From an uncultured Solirubrobacterales bacterium (GTDB lineage: Bacteria; Actinomycetota; Thermoleophilia; Solirubrobacterales; Solirubrobacteraceae), in contig CAVZWJ010000015.1 in assembly GCA_963778985.1 (NCBI GenBank), forward strand, positions 18,787 to 82,786: 64,000 nt of DNA. The letters are read 5' to 3'. Numbering within the stretch: position 1 is the stretch's first letter; every line of letters starts with the position of its first letter. Of the stretch, positions 18,409 to 28,940 are shown in pieces. Below the pieces are notes generated by a model. The model did no database searches, had not been told where the DNA came from, and saw nothing but the letters and a program-made list of their open reading frames with translations. The position numbers were made by a program, and so were the translations under genes.

Positions 18409-19851
18409 ATGGGCGTGAATCGCGATCGCGGCCGGCGGCCGGCGGCGCTGATCTTGGACGCGGAATACAAGCAGGCTCTCGTGGCGGTGCGCGCCCTGGG
18501 ACGTGCCGGAATCGAGACGATCGTCGCCGACACGCGCACCCCAATCCCGTCATCTCTCTGGCGTCCCGCGCTGGCGTCACGCTGGTGCTCGGGCCGAGCC
18601 GTCCTACCCGACGTCGGAGAAGGGGCTGACGTGCTGGTCGAGCGGGTCATCGCGCTGTCCGAGGACCTGGATTCGCCGGTGATCATCAGCAGTCATGACG
18701 GCACGATCGAGGCGCTGCGGTCGAGACGGTCGGCGATTGAGCAGGTGGGACGCCTCGCCATAGCCTCAGATGAGGCGCTGTCGATGGCAACCGACAAGGC
18801 CGCGACGCTGGCGCTCGCCCGACGGTTGGGAATCGCGGCCCCTGAGACGAGAGTCGTGAGGGAACTCTCCGCGGCGCCGGAGGCCATCAACGAGATCGGC
18901 GTGCCGGTCGTGGTCAAGGCGGTTCGGTCGTGGATGCCGTGCGGAAGCGGAGGATGGTGGGCTGGTCCACCGGCCGTGGCTCGGACCCCGATCGAGGCGA
19001 TGGCGAGCATCAAGCGGCTGATCGATCACGGCGTTCCCGCCCTGGTGCAGCCGTGGTTGTCCGGTAGCCGTGACGCGATCGGGATCTTCTTGGCCGATCG
19101 TCAGGTCGTCGCCAAGTTCGCAGTCCGGTCGTCCCGGATGTTCCCGCTCGTCGGTGGTGTCTCGGTCGTCCGTGAAACGATCCCGATGCCGGCCGACATC
19201 GGGACGATGGCCGAGGCGCTCGTTCGGGCGATGTCGTTGGAGGGCTACGCGGAGGTGGAGTTCCGCCGCGACAGCCACGGGCGGCCATTTCTGATGGAAG
19301 TGAATCCCCGACTCAATGGCGGCGTTGAGCTGGCCGTCCGCGCCGGCGTCAGCGTTCCTCTGCTCCTGTACCGCTGGGCCGCGGGTGCGCCACTGGAGCC
19401 GGTCCTGTCCTATCAGGTTGGGCGCCGGATGCGCGATCTGAATATGGACGTTTCGTGGTTGGCGGGCGCCGTTCGGGACCCGCACAACCCGGACTCGCCA
19501 GGGCGGATGAAGGCCACCGGCGTGTTTCTGGCGGAGTTCGCGCGGCCCGCCGCCTATGACCACTTCGATCGGTCTGACTTGCGACCGGCACTGCCCGTGT
19601 TCGTATTCGAGATGGCTCGAGCGGCGCGGATTGTGCGTCGGGTTTTCCGGATGGTCCTCGGCCACCTCCCCCGGCCCCGGAAAGTCGTCAACCGTGCGTC
19701 GGTCATCCGAGGTGGCCGCGCGGTTGGCCGAGGTCTCAGGATGGCGGATTCACCTCGTGATCGCGCGCCGGATCGAACGAGGTCCGGCCCGCGAACGATC
19801 GACGAACCCAGCCCCGACCGGGGTAACGCACACATCGCCTCGGCACCGTAG
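18409..19851 (+). CDS. ATP-grasp carboxylate-amine ligase family protein
   Basis: VRALGRAG, DK..T, PVVVKA, LVQPW, EVEF, LMEVNPR motifs. Confidence 0.85.
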   Translation: MGVNRDRGRRPAALILDAEYKQALVAVRALGRAGIETIVADTRTPIPSSLWRPALASRWCSGRAVLPDVGEGADVLVERVIALSEDLDSPVIISSHDGTIEALRSRRSAIEQVGRLAIASDEALSMATDKAATLALARRLGIAAPETRVVRELSAAPEAINEIGVPVVVKAVRSWMPCGSGGWWAGPPAVARTPIEAMASIKRLIDHGVPALVQPWLSGSRDAIGIFLADRQVVAKFAVRSSRMFPLVGGVSVVRETIPMPADIGTMAEALVRAMSLEGYAEVEFRRDSHGRPFLMEVNPRLNGGVELAVRAGVSVPLLLYRWAAGAPLEPVLSYQVGRRMRDLNMDVSWLAGAVRDPHNPDSPGRMKATGVFLAEFARPAAYDHFDRSDLRPALPVFVFEMARAARIVRRVFRMVLGHLPRPRKVVNRASVIRGGRAVGRGLRMADSPRDRAPDRTRSGPRTIDEPSPDRGNAHIASAP

Positions 19852-19954
19852 AAGGCCCCTGAAGAAGGCGTTTGGTGGTCGGGGCGACCGATCCGGCGTG
19901 AAGCACTCCGACAGGGTGTGAAACGACCGGACAGACGCACGACTGCGAGGTCAA

Positions 19955-20038
19955 TGCGGCGGGTGGGACTCGAACCCACACGTCCATTCGGACAATGCCT
20001 TTTGAGGGCATCGCGTCTACCGATTCCGCCACCGCCGC
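19955..20038 (-). tRNA. tRNA-Leu(CAA)
   Basis: GCGGCGGTGGCGGAATCGGTAGACGCG, ATGCC-CTCAAAA-GGCAT, long variable arm. Confidence 0.95.
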
Positions 20039-20056
20039 GTGAGGAGGCTCCAGTTT

Positions 20057-20101
20057 AGGGCCGCGTCGGCGCGCAGGGCCGCGTCGGCGCGCAGGGCCGC
20101 G
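20057..20101. repeat. 18-bp tandem repeat, 2.5 copies
   Basis: agggccgcgtcggcgcgc x2 plus a partial copy, upstream of tRNA-Leu. Confidence 0.8.
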
Positions 20102-20138
20102 AGACGGCCGCATCGACGGGCAGGGCCGCGCCCGGCGC

Positions 20139-20948
20139 CTACACGCCTCCGCTGGCCAGCGCGTACAGCTCGTCGATGAGCGCCGCGGGCGCCGCGACGA
20201 TCCCGTACGGATCCTCGCTCGCTCTCCGCCAGCTCGCGGACGACCAGGCCGGCCCGCTCGGCGACGAGCGCACCCGCGGCGATGTCCCACGAGTGGACCC
20301 CGCGCTCGTAGTACGCGTCGAAGCGTCCGCAGGCGCACCAGACGAGATCAAGCGCCGCCGCGCCGACGCGGCGGATGTCACGGACGCGCGGCAGCACGTG
20401 GACGCAGGATGTCGGCCTGGCGGGCGCGCACCTCGGCGTCGTAGCCGAATCCGGTCGCGACCATCGCCACCGACAGGTCGGTGACCGCCCCGGCCGTGAT
20501 CGGCTCGCCGTTCAGCGTCGGCGGCCCGGACCGGGTCGCCGCGAAGCGCTCCTCCCGGATCGGGTCGAGCACGATCCCGGCGACCGTACCGTCCGCGTCC
20601 TCGCAGGCCACGCTTACGGCGAAGGCCGGGATCCCGTACAGGTAGTTGATCGTGCCGTCGAGCGGATCGACGATCCAGCGGATCGCGCCGGCACCGCCGT
20701 CGCTCGTGCCCTCGGTCGCGCCCGCCCTCCTCGCCGAGGATCGCGTCGTCCGGCCGAAGTTCCGCGAGCACCCGCCGGATCGCCCGCTCGGCTGACGACG
20801 TCGGCCTCGGAGACGAGATCGGTCGGCGTGCTCTTCGTCTGCACGCCCCGCACGTTGGTGCCGTACCGCGGTCGCGGAGCTCCGCGGCGGCGGCATCCGC
20901 GGCCGTCTCGGCGACGGCCAGCAGCTCCCGCTCCTGGTCCGCAGTCAT
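20139..20948 (-). CDS. suhB: Inositol monophosphatase (SuhB family), multiple apparent frameshifts
   Basis: DLVSEAD, ILGEE, WIVDPLDGTINY, GAAALDL and WDIAAG motifs spread over three frames. Confidence 0.8.
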   Translation of the reverse strand: MTADQERELLAVAETAADAAAAELRDRGTAPTCGACRRRARRPISSPRPTSSAERAIRRVLAELRPDDAILGEEGGRDRGHERRRCRRDPLDRRSARRHDQLPVRDPGLRRKRGLRGRGRYGRRDRARPDPGGALRGDPVRAADAERRADHGRGGHRPVGGDGRDRIRLRRRGARPPGRHPASTCCRASVTSAASARRRLISSGAPADASTRTTSAGSTRGTSPRVRSSPSGPAWSSASWRRASEDPYGIVAAPAALIDELYALASGGV

Positions 20949-21019
20949 GGCATCCGTTCTATCGAAATGCTCCGACTGACGCCGTGCGGCTGGCCGCGCT
21001 TGCGATCATGCCGCCCCGC

Positions 21020-22258
21020 ATGGGCGCCGTCGAGACAATCCGCGGCCTCGCCGCGTTCGAGCGTCGCGCCGGGAGGGTCGGACACCGAGCGTCGCGCGGC
21101 CAACTGGCTGCGTGACGAGCCTGACCGCGGACGGCAGCGGGGACACGCGGATCGAAACGTTCTGGTGCCGGCCGAACTCGGCGCTCGCTCATGCGTGGCA
21201 TGTCGGGATCGGGCTGGTGGGCAGTCTGCTGCCGGTCGCCTCGGCGCGGGTCGGCGGGATCCTCGTCCTCGTCGCGCTTCTGTCGCTCGTCGCCGACGCA
21301 CTGCTCGGCGGTTCGCTCGGCCGCCGCCTGACGCCCGAGCGGGCGAGCCAGAACGTCATTTCGACGGCGGCGGGCGGACGGCCACGAACCGACGCTGATC
21401 CCCGCGTCCGCCTCATCGTCACCGCCAACTACGACGCGGGCCGCGGCGGCCTGGTGTACCGGGACGGCACCGCGGGCGGCCGCGGCCACCGCACGCCGCC
21501 TCCTCCGCGACCTGACGCCGGGCTGGCTCGGCTGGGCCGCGATCGCCCTCGTGTGGCTGGAGGTCGTCGCGCTCGTCCGTGTCGGCGGCGCGACCGGCGC
21601 CGGGATCGGACTCGTCCAGCTCCTCCCCACGGCCGGACTCGTCCTCACGCTCGCCGCACTGCTCGACATCGCGAGCGCGGACATCGCGCCCGGCGGCGAA
21701 CGACAACGGCAGCGGCGTCGCCGTCGCGATCGCGCTCGCCCGGGCGCTCAGCGCAGCACCGCCCCGCAACGCGGAGATCGAACTCGTGCTCCAGGGCGCC
21801 TCGGATGGCACGGGGGCCGGCCTGCGCCACCACCTCAGGACCCACCGGAGAGACGCTGCACCGCACGAACACTGTCGTCCTCGGCAGTCGGCGCCTCGGG
21901 TGCCGGCCACGTCGCGTGGTTTCAGAGCGACGGGCCGCTTCCTCCCGCTGCGCGCGTTCGGCCGGCTGCGCGGCCTCGCGGTCGCGCTCGGGCGCGAGAC
22001 CCGGAGATGGGATTCACCGCCCACGACCACCGCGGCACGAGTCCGTCCCTCCCCGCTCGGCTGCGGCGCATCCCGGCGATCACGATCGGTGCCGTCGACG
22101 ACCGCGGGCTCGCGCCCCGCTCGCATCAGATGGCCGACGCGCCCGACGCGGTCGAAGAGCGTGCCCTCGGGCGCACCGTCGAGGCCGGCATGCTGCTGGT
22201 CGACGCGATCGACGGCTTCCTCGCTGGCCGCGTCCCCGAGACCGCGCCTCGGCCGTAG
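21020..22258 (+). CDS. Membrane M28-family peptidase-like protein, multiple apparent frameshifts
   Basis: SQNVI, LIVTANYDA and ANDNGSGVAV motifs plus TM segments in different frames. Confidence 0.6.
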
Positions 22259-22262
22259 CCGG

Positions 22263-23803
22263 CTACGCGGGCGTCACGGGATTGTTCTTCTCGGGCCACT
22301 CGCGGTGCTTGCCCGCAGCGAGCGCGAACCGCTTGATCAGCTCGTCTCGCAGCTCCTCGGGCTGGATCACGGCGTCGACGATCAACTCGGAGGCGAGATG
22401 GAGGATGTCGATGTCCTCCGCATACTCGGCGCGCAGCTCCGCCCGGCGGGCATCCCGCTCGGCCGCGTCCTCGATCGACTGGAGCTGGTTGTAGTAGACA
22501 GCGTTGATCGCCGCGTCGGGACCCATGACCGCGATCGACGCGGTCGGCAGCGCCAGGCAGCAGTCGGGGTCGAACGCGGGGCCGGCCATCGCGTACAGGC
22601 CGGCGCCGTAGGCCTTGCGGACGACGACCGAGATCTTCGGCACGTTCGCTTCCGAGACGGCGCTGATCATCTTCGCGCCGTGCCGGATGATGCCCTCCTT
22701 CTCGACGCGCGTGCCGATCATGAAGCCGGGCACGTCGGCGAGGAACAGGAGTGGGATGTTGAACGCGTTGCACGTCTGGATGAAGCGCGCGCACTTGTCC
22801 GAGGAGTCGACGAACAGCACGCCGCCCTTGACCTTCGGCTGGTTGGCGACGATGCCGACGGCGCGGCCGTCGAGCCGTCCGTAGCCGACGATCACCTCCT
22901 TCGCCCAGCGCGCGTGGATCTCGAGGAATGAGTCGCGGTCGAGCAGTCGCTCAAGCAGCTCCTTCATGTCGAACGGCTTGTTCTCGTCAAGCGGGATGAC
23001 GTCGCGGATCGGCTCCTCGGAGGCCGGCGCTGCGGGCACCGCAGCCGGAGGCTCCTCGCGGAAGCTCGACGGGAAGTACGCGAGGTAGCGCTGCGCGAAC
23101 GCGATGCCCTCCTCGTCGGTCTTGACGAGCGCGTGACCGCAGCCGCTCTTCGACGTGTGCATGCGAGCGCCGCCCATCTCCTCGAGCGTCACCTTCTCTC
23201 CGATCACGACCTCGGCCATCCGCGGGGAGCCGAGGTACATCGAGGCGTTGCCGTCTCGCATGATCACGACGTCGCAGAACGCCGGGATGTAGGCGCCGCC
23301 GGCCGCGCTCGGCCCGAACAGCACGCACACCTGGGGCACGACGCCGGAGAGCCGCACCTGGTTGAAGAAGATCCGACCGGCGTGCCGCCGCCCGGGGAAC
23401 ATTCGCACCTGCTCGTTGATCCGGGCGCCGGCGGAGTCGACGAGGTAGACGAGCGGGATCCGCAGCGCCAGCGCTCGCTCCTGGATGCGCAGGATCTTCT
23501 CGATCGTCTTCGCCGACCACGATCCGGCCTTGACGGTCGGGTCGTTCGCCATCACGGCGACGCGCCGCCCGGCGACGGTGCCGATGCCGGTGACGACGCC
23601 GTCGGCGCCGAGGCCCTCCTGCTCCCAGCTCGCGAGCAGCCCGTCCTCGACGAACGAGTCGGGATCGACGAGCAGCGAGACCCGCTCGCGGACCGGGAAG
23701 CCGGCCCTGCTCGGCGGCTCGCGTGGCGGTGGCGCTCCGGGCCGCCGGCGCGCGCCCGCTCGACGGCGGCGCTCAGCTGTTCGGTGTGGTCGAGTTCAGT
23801 CAT
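22263..23803 (-). CDS. Acyl-CoA carboxylase carboxyltransferase beta subunit (N-terminal frameshifts)
   Basis: VDSAGAR, GGAY, MGGARMH, DVPGFMIG, KAYGAG motifs; the N-terminus (MTELDHTEQL) is in another frame. Confidence 0.85.
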
Positions 23804-24796
23804 GGTCCTCACGGTTCAGGGGGATCGTCGGCGCCGGTGATTCGCCGCCGGGCGGTGGTGGAAGTTCTCGGCGCGGTCGCATCCCGATCGCGAGCCCGCC
23901 GAGCCCGATCACGAGCAGGAACAGCGGCCAGCCGATGAGCGAGCCGCGGCCAGCCCGCGGCAGCCCGACCAGGAATGCGAATTCGACCAACAGCACCACT
24001 CCAAAATACGCGGGACCGGGCTCGCGGTCCGCGCCGGCGTAGGCGATCACGCCGAACCCGACGGCCAGGATCCACAGCTCCCAGCCGAATCCAGCCGACG
24101 TCGCGGCTCGGCCGCCGAAGGCGCCGCCCGACGCCGAGACGGCCCGGGACATCGCAGAGCAGGGTCGCCCCGAGCACGACCGTCAGCAGCGCCCCGGCGT
24201 TCATCAGCTGGACCGCGTGCCGCCGCCGATGGTCGCGAAACCGCAGCACGCCGCCGCCGCACAAGACCGTCAGCACGATCAGCACGGCGCGGAACGTCCC
24301 GGCCCCGTGCGGATGGAACGCCCACGCGACGAACGCCTCGACCGCCACGGCCACCGCGAGCGCGGCGATCAGCGTGCACGCCCCGGAGTTCGCCCGCCGG
24401 GCACACAGCACCGCCACGACTGCCTCGCAGCGCGAACACCCACGTCAGCCCGCCGGCGCCCGGCGGCCGCGTGGCCCCGAGCAGTTCGGCGAACAGCACG
24501 AGCGCGACCGCGAGCGTCAGCAGCCCGCCGATGAGCAGGACGGAGTGGTACGCACGGGGCTCGTCGCTCTCGAGCTCGGCGAGCCATCCCATCGCCAGCA
24601 GCAGCAGCGCGATCACGGCGACGACGCCGAACCGCGCCCCGACCGGCCACTGCACCATCCGCAGCGGGACGACGAAGGCGAAGACCGCGAGCGGGACGGC
24701 GCCCGCCGCGATCACGTCGCCCCGATGGGGATGCGGGCGCAGCCGGGCAACCACCGCGCCGGCGCGCGGCCCCCTCCGGGCTGCGTCGCCGCTCAT
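23796..24796 (-). CDS. Multi-TM membrane hypothetical protein (frameshifted)
   Basis: Hydrophobic segments continue across three overlapping ORFs; overlaps both neighbours operon-style. Confidence 0.6.
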
Positions 24797-25680
24797 GCCA
24801 GTCCGGGGTTCTCCACCGGCTGCTCGCCGGCGTAGTCGTAGAAGCCCATTCCGGACTTGCGCCCGTACCAACCGGCGGCCAGCATCTTGCGCAGCGTCGG
24901 CGGCGCCGCAAATCGGCGCTCCCGGAACTCCTCGAACAGGACGTCGCAGATGGAGCCCAGCGTGTCGAGGCCGACGAAATCGCACAGGGCGAGCGGGCCC
25001 ATCGGGTGGGCCGCGCCCGCCTTCATCGCCTCATCGATCTCGCTGATCGAACCGATCCCTTCCTCGAGGCCACGGATCGCGTCGAGCATGTACGGGATGA
25101 GCAAGCGGTTGACGATGAACCCGGCCGTGTCGCGCGTTTGCACCGTCAGCTTGCCGAGCGCCGTGCCGAACTCGGTGCCGGCGGCCAGCGCCTCCTGGGA
25201 TGTGGTGACGCACTTGATGACCTCGACGAGCTTCATCACCTGAACGGGGTTGAAGAAGTGCAGGCCGAGAAATCGCTCCGGCCGGCTCGTCGATGCCGCC
25301 TGATTGATGACCGGCAGCGACGACGTGTTCGTCGCAAAGAACGCCTCGGGCTTGACGATCTTGTCGACCTCGGCCCACATGGCGAGCTTGAGATCGAGGT
25401 CTTCCGTGATCGCCTCGACAACGAGGTCGCAGTCGGCGAGCGCGCCGTAGTCAGTCGTGCCCTCGATCCGGCCTCGCACAGCGTCGGCGTCCTCCTGGGT
25501 CGCCTTCCCCTTCTCGACCGCGCGGCCGAGTTGCTTCTCGATCTTGCCGATGCCCTTGGCCAGGACCGCGTCGTCGAGCTCGCGCACGACGACGGCGTAG
25601 CCGGCCTCGGCCGCCACCTGGGTGATGCCGTGCCCCATCAGGCCACAACCGAGGACGCCGACCTTGTTGATGTCCGCCAT
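24793..25680 (-). CDS. 3-hydroxybutyryl/3-hydroxyacyl-CoA dehydrogenase
   Basis: GCGLMGHGI, TNTSSL, GLHFFNP, GFIVNR, HPMGP motifs; GGAGAAGG-like RBS. Confidence 0.92.
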   Translation of the reverse strand: MADINKVGVLGCGLMGHGITQVAAEAGYAVVVRELDDAVLAKGIGKIEKQLGRAVEKGKATQEDADAVRGRIEGTTDYGALADCDLVVEAITEDLDLKLAMWAEVDKIVKPEAFFATNTSSLPVINQAASTSRPERFLGLHFFNPVQVMKLVEVIKCVTTSQEALAAGTEFGTALGKLTVQTRDTAGFIVNRLLIPYMLDAIRGLEEGIGSISEIDEAMKAGAAHPMGPLALCDFVGLDTLGSICDVLFEEFRERRFAAPPTLRKMLAAGWYGRKSGMGFYDYAGEQPVENPGLA

Positions 25681-25750
25681 TCCTTCTCCGTTATCCGCCG
25701 GGAACTGGGCGCCGAAGGCTACGGCGTCGAGGCCGTCGGGCGAGGCGACG

Positions 25751-26671
25751 TCAACGCCACTGCACCGGCCCGGCCGAGAGCACATGGCTCCCCAGCGGGC
25801 GCCCAAGCACGTCCTGCGCCGCTCGCGAGGCGGCGATCAGCGCTGCCAGATCGATCCCGGTCTCGATCCCCATCTCGTGGAGCATCGAGACGAGATCTTC
25901 GGTCGCGATGTTGCCGGTTGCGCCCGCGGGCACGGGACAGCCGCCGAGCTCCCCGAACGAGGACTCAAAGCTGTCGACGCCGGCCTCGAGCGCCGCGAGC
26001 ACGTTCGCCAGGCCCTGCCCGCGGGTGTTGTGGAAATGGGCCGTGAGCTCGATGTCCGGCAGCACCTGTTGTGCCGCCATGAAGAACTCTCGCACTTGGA
26101 GCGGGTTGGCCATCCCGGTCGTGTCCCCGAATCCGACCTCCTCCGCCCCGGCCTCGGCGAGCGCCGTCGCGATCTCCAGCACACGCCCCACGGGCACTGA
26201 CCCCTCATAAGGGCAGCCGAACGACGTCGAGATGACGCCCTCGCACCGCAGCCCCTCGGCACGCGCCCGAGTGAACGTCCGCGTCAGGCCCGCGAGCGAG
26301 TCGGCGATCGGCCGGCCGACGTTCTTCTCGTTGTGGGTCTCCGATGCGGAGAGAAAGCCGTTGATCTCCTGAAAGCGCTCACGGTGCGCGAGCGCACGCT
26401 GCAGCCCGCGCTCGTTGGGGATGAGCACGCTCGCGGACACCGACGCGGGCAGCCGGATCGCCTCGAGCACGCCCTCGGCGTCGGCGAGCTGCGGGATGAC
26501 GTCGGGGCGGACGAAGCTCGTGACCTCGAGCCGGCGCAGCCCGGTCGCGCCGAGCAGCTCGATCAGCCGCACCTTCTCGGCGGTCGGGATGACCTCGGGT
26601 TCGTTTTGAAATCCGTCTCGCGGTCCGACCTCGCGGATCCGCACGGCGCTGGGCAGACCGGCCATAGCCAC
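25751..26671 (-). CDS. Hydroxymethylglutaryl-CoA lyase
   Basis: EVGPRDGFQNE, GDTTG, HFHNTRG, GGCP, GNIATED motifs. Confidence 0.92.
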   Translation of the reverse strand: MAMAGLPSAVRIREVGPRDGFQNEPEVIPTAEKVRLIELLGATGLRRLEVTSFVRPDVIPQLADAEGVLEAIRLPASVSASVLIPNERGLQRALAHRERFQEINGFLSASETHNEKNVGRPIADSLAGLTRTFTRARAEGLRCEGVISTSFGCPYEGSVPVGRVLEIATALAEAGAEEVGFGDTTGMANPLQVREFFMAAQQVLPDIELTAHFHNTRGQGLANVLAALEAGVDSFESSFGELGGCPVPAGATGNIATEDLVSMLHEMGIETGIDLAALIAASRAAQDVLGRPLGSHVLSAGPVQWR

Positions 26672-26678
26672 CCGCAGG

Positions 26679-27870
26679 TTACTTGTAGATGATCCGGATC
26701 CCGAGCAGCTGCGGGATCGTCACGAACGAGTAGCCACGCGCTCGCAGCGTGTCGATCTCGGTCGGCAGCGCGGCGAGCGTCTCGGAGCGGTTGCCACCCC
26801 CGTCGTGCTGGAGAATGATCGATCCCGAGTGAGCGTTGCCGAGCACGTTTGCGAGGATCGACCCGGTGCCCGGCCGCGACCAGTCGCGCGGATCGACGTC
26901 CCACTCGATCGTGATGAAGCCCATCGAGCGCGCCAGCGCGATCAGCGATGAGCTGACGGCACCGCCGGGCGCACGGAACAGGCACGGGGCGAAGGCGGTC
27001 AGCCCGTGGATTGCGGCGGCGGTCGATGAGATCTCACCGGCGGCGAACGATCCTCCGCCGGACACGTTGGCGTGATTCCACGTGTGGTCGCCGATCACAT
27101 CGCCGTCGGCGAACATCCGTCGCCACACCGCCGGCCCATAGGTCCGGACCTGCTCCCCGATCCAGAAGAACGTGGCGGGCACATGCTTGCGCTCGAGCAC
27201 GTCGAGAAACTGGGGCGTGTCGTACCACGGTCCGTCGTCGAACGTGAACGCGATCACCCGCCGGCTGCGCGAGCCGTTCGTCACGTACGACGGGCCGCTC
27301 GGCACGCAGCCGACCGGACGGGGCACGTGCAGCCGAAGCAGCACCGAGCGGGAGGGGTAGTAGACGACGCATCGGTTGTGAGAGCCCCGAGCGAGGGGCC
27401 GACAGCCCCGGAGGACGAGCGTCGTCAGCACCTGCCAGCGCAGCGGGCCGTAGGCGGAGTGGATCTCGCCCGGGAGAAAGCGCGCTCGCAGGTTGGAGCT
27501 CGAGGACCTGCGGATCGACGCGCCGATCACTCTCCCGCGGCCCAGGCCGCGGGCCGTCACCGGCTCGTAGATCAGCCGCGGACTCCGCTGGCCGTGCGCC
27601 GGCGGGGCGACGCACAGCTGCCCGGACACCGAGTTCGAGGCCCGGCGCACGATGAGGCACAGGGTGCGGCGTTCGGCGCGCATCCCGGTCGGGGAGAACG
27701 GCGTCGTCAGCGTCACCGTCCACACCAGTTGCTGCCCGTCCTGGGTGAGCGTGCTCGGAGGCGACGCGCTGCGGAGACGGAGCCGACCGCGCCGCCGCGG
27801 GCGCGACGCCGCCCGCGAGCGCGGCGCCGCACGCGAGCGCGACGAGGCTACGAAGAGCGGCCCTGGACAA
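26679..27870 (-). CDS. Secreted polysaccharide deacetylase (CE4/NodB), apparent frameshift near 27755
   Basis: TFDDGP, HTWNH, FRAPGG, DPRDW, LQHDG motifs; the signal peptide is encoded in an adjacent frame starting at TTG 27870. Confidence 0.8.
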
Positions 27871-28222
27871 CGCGACGCTCGTGGGTCCCGACGCCGATCG
27901 TGCGGCCGTCCTCCGCCACCACCTCGACCGAGAACCGAAGCTTGCGGTCATCGACCACATCCTCGAGACGAGCGCGGGCGGTGCATCGTGATCCTTCTGG
28001 GGCCGCGGCCACGTGCTTGATGCAGACCTCGAAGCCGACCGTGGCCTGGCCGTCATCGAGGTGCGGAAAGACGAGCATCGCCGACGTCCGCTCCATCATC
28101 GCGATCATCCCGGGGGTCGAGAGAACCGAGGCCGCGAGCGTGCCGCCGACATCGGTCAGCAATCGACCCTCGACGGCGAAATCGTGCGTGCCCTCGAGCC
28201 CCAGTTCCAGCGAGGAACCCAT
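27848..28222 (-). CDS. Hotdog-fold thioesterase (FlK-like)
   Basis: VLSTPGMIAMME, TVG...H, G.HER motifs. Confidence 0.85.
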   Translation of the reverse strand: MGSSLELGLEGTHDFAVEGRLLTDVGGTLAASVLSTPGMIAMMERTSAMLVFPHLDDGQATVGFEVCIKHVAAAPEGSRCTARARLEDVVDDRKLRFSVEVVAEDGRTIGVGTHERRVVQGRSS

Positions 28223-28265
28223 GCCGTCAGCGTATCCGAAGGGTCGGCGCGTACACTCCCGCGCC

Positions 28266-28940
28266 GTGACGCCGCCAGTGTGCATCGTCGGAGCCACCGG
28301 AGCCCTCGGATTCGGGCTCGCGCTTCGGCTCGGGCGGGCCGGAGTTCCGATCATGATCGGGTCCCGCGACGCCGGCCGGGCGCAGGAGGCAGTCCAGCGC
28401 GCGTCCGCACACGTGCCGGACGGCTCCTTCTCCGGAGCCGAGAACAGCGAGGCCGTCCAGGGGGCGGAGATCGTCATCCTGAGCGTGCCGTTTCGCAGCC
28501 AGTCCGAGACGCTGACCAACCTGAGGAATGCGCTCTCCCCGGATCAGCTGCTCGTCGACGCCACCGTGCCGCTCGCGGCAGCGGTGAGCGGCAAGGCGAC
28601 CCGCACGCTCGGCGTATGGCAAGGCTCCGCGGCGCAGCAGGCGCAGGAGATGGCGCCGGACGGCGTTCGTGTCGTCTCGGCGTTTCACACGGTCAGCGCC
28701 GCGCTGCTCACCGATCTCGAACACGACCTTGACGAGGATGTCCTCATCTGCGGGGACAAGAAGGCGGACAAGCAACAGCTCGCCGCTCTCGTCGAGCGGA
28801 TCCAGGGACTGCGCCCGGTCGACTGCGGGCCGCTGGAGATGGCCCGCATCGTCGAGCAGTTCACCCCGCTGATCATTTCGATCAACGTGCGTAACAAGGT
28901 GCGGGCCGGGATCAAGATCACAGGCCTCGGAACCGGTTGA
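28266..28940 (+). CDS. npdG: NADPH-dependent F420 reductase
   Basis: GATGALGFGLA, IGSR, VVSAFHTV motifs; first gene of the cof cluster. Confidence 0.85.
   Translation: MTPPVCIVGATGALGFGLALRLGRAGVPIMIGSRDAGRAQEAVQRASAHVPDGSFSGAENSEAVQGAEIVILSVPFRSQSETLTNLRNALSPDQLLVDATVPLAAAVSGKATRTLGVWQGSAAQQAQEMAPDGVRVVSAFHTVSAALLTDLEHDLDEDVLICGDKKADKQQLAALVERIQGLRPVDCGPLEMARIVEQFTPLIISINVRNKVRAGIKITGLGTG

Noticed and set aside
15844..20038. Genomic island or prophage at the tRNA cluster
   Set aside because: No integrase, no duplicated tRNA 3' end and no phage genes were seen.
27072..28265. Long N-terminal extension of NpdG (622-aa ORF)
   Set aside because: It is an antisense shadow of the deacetylase and thioesterase genes; the real start is GTG 28266.
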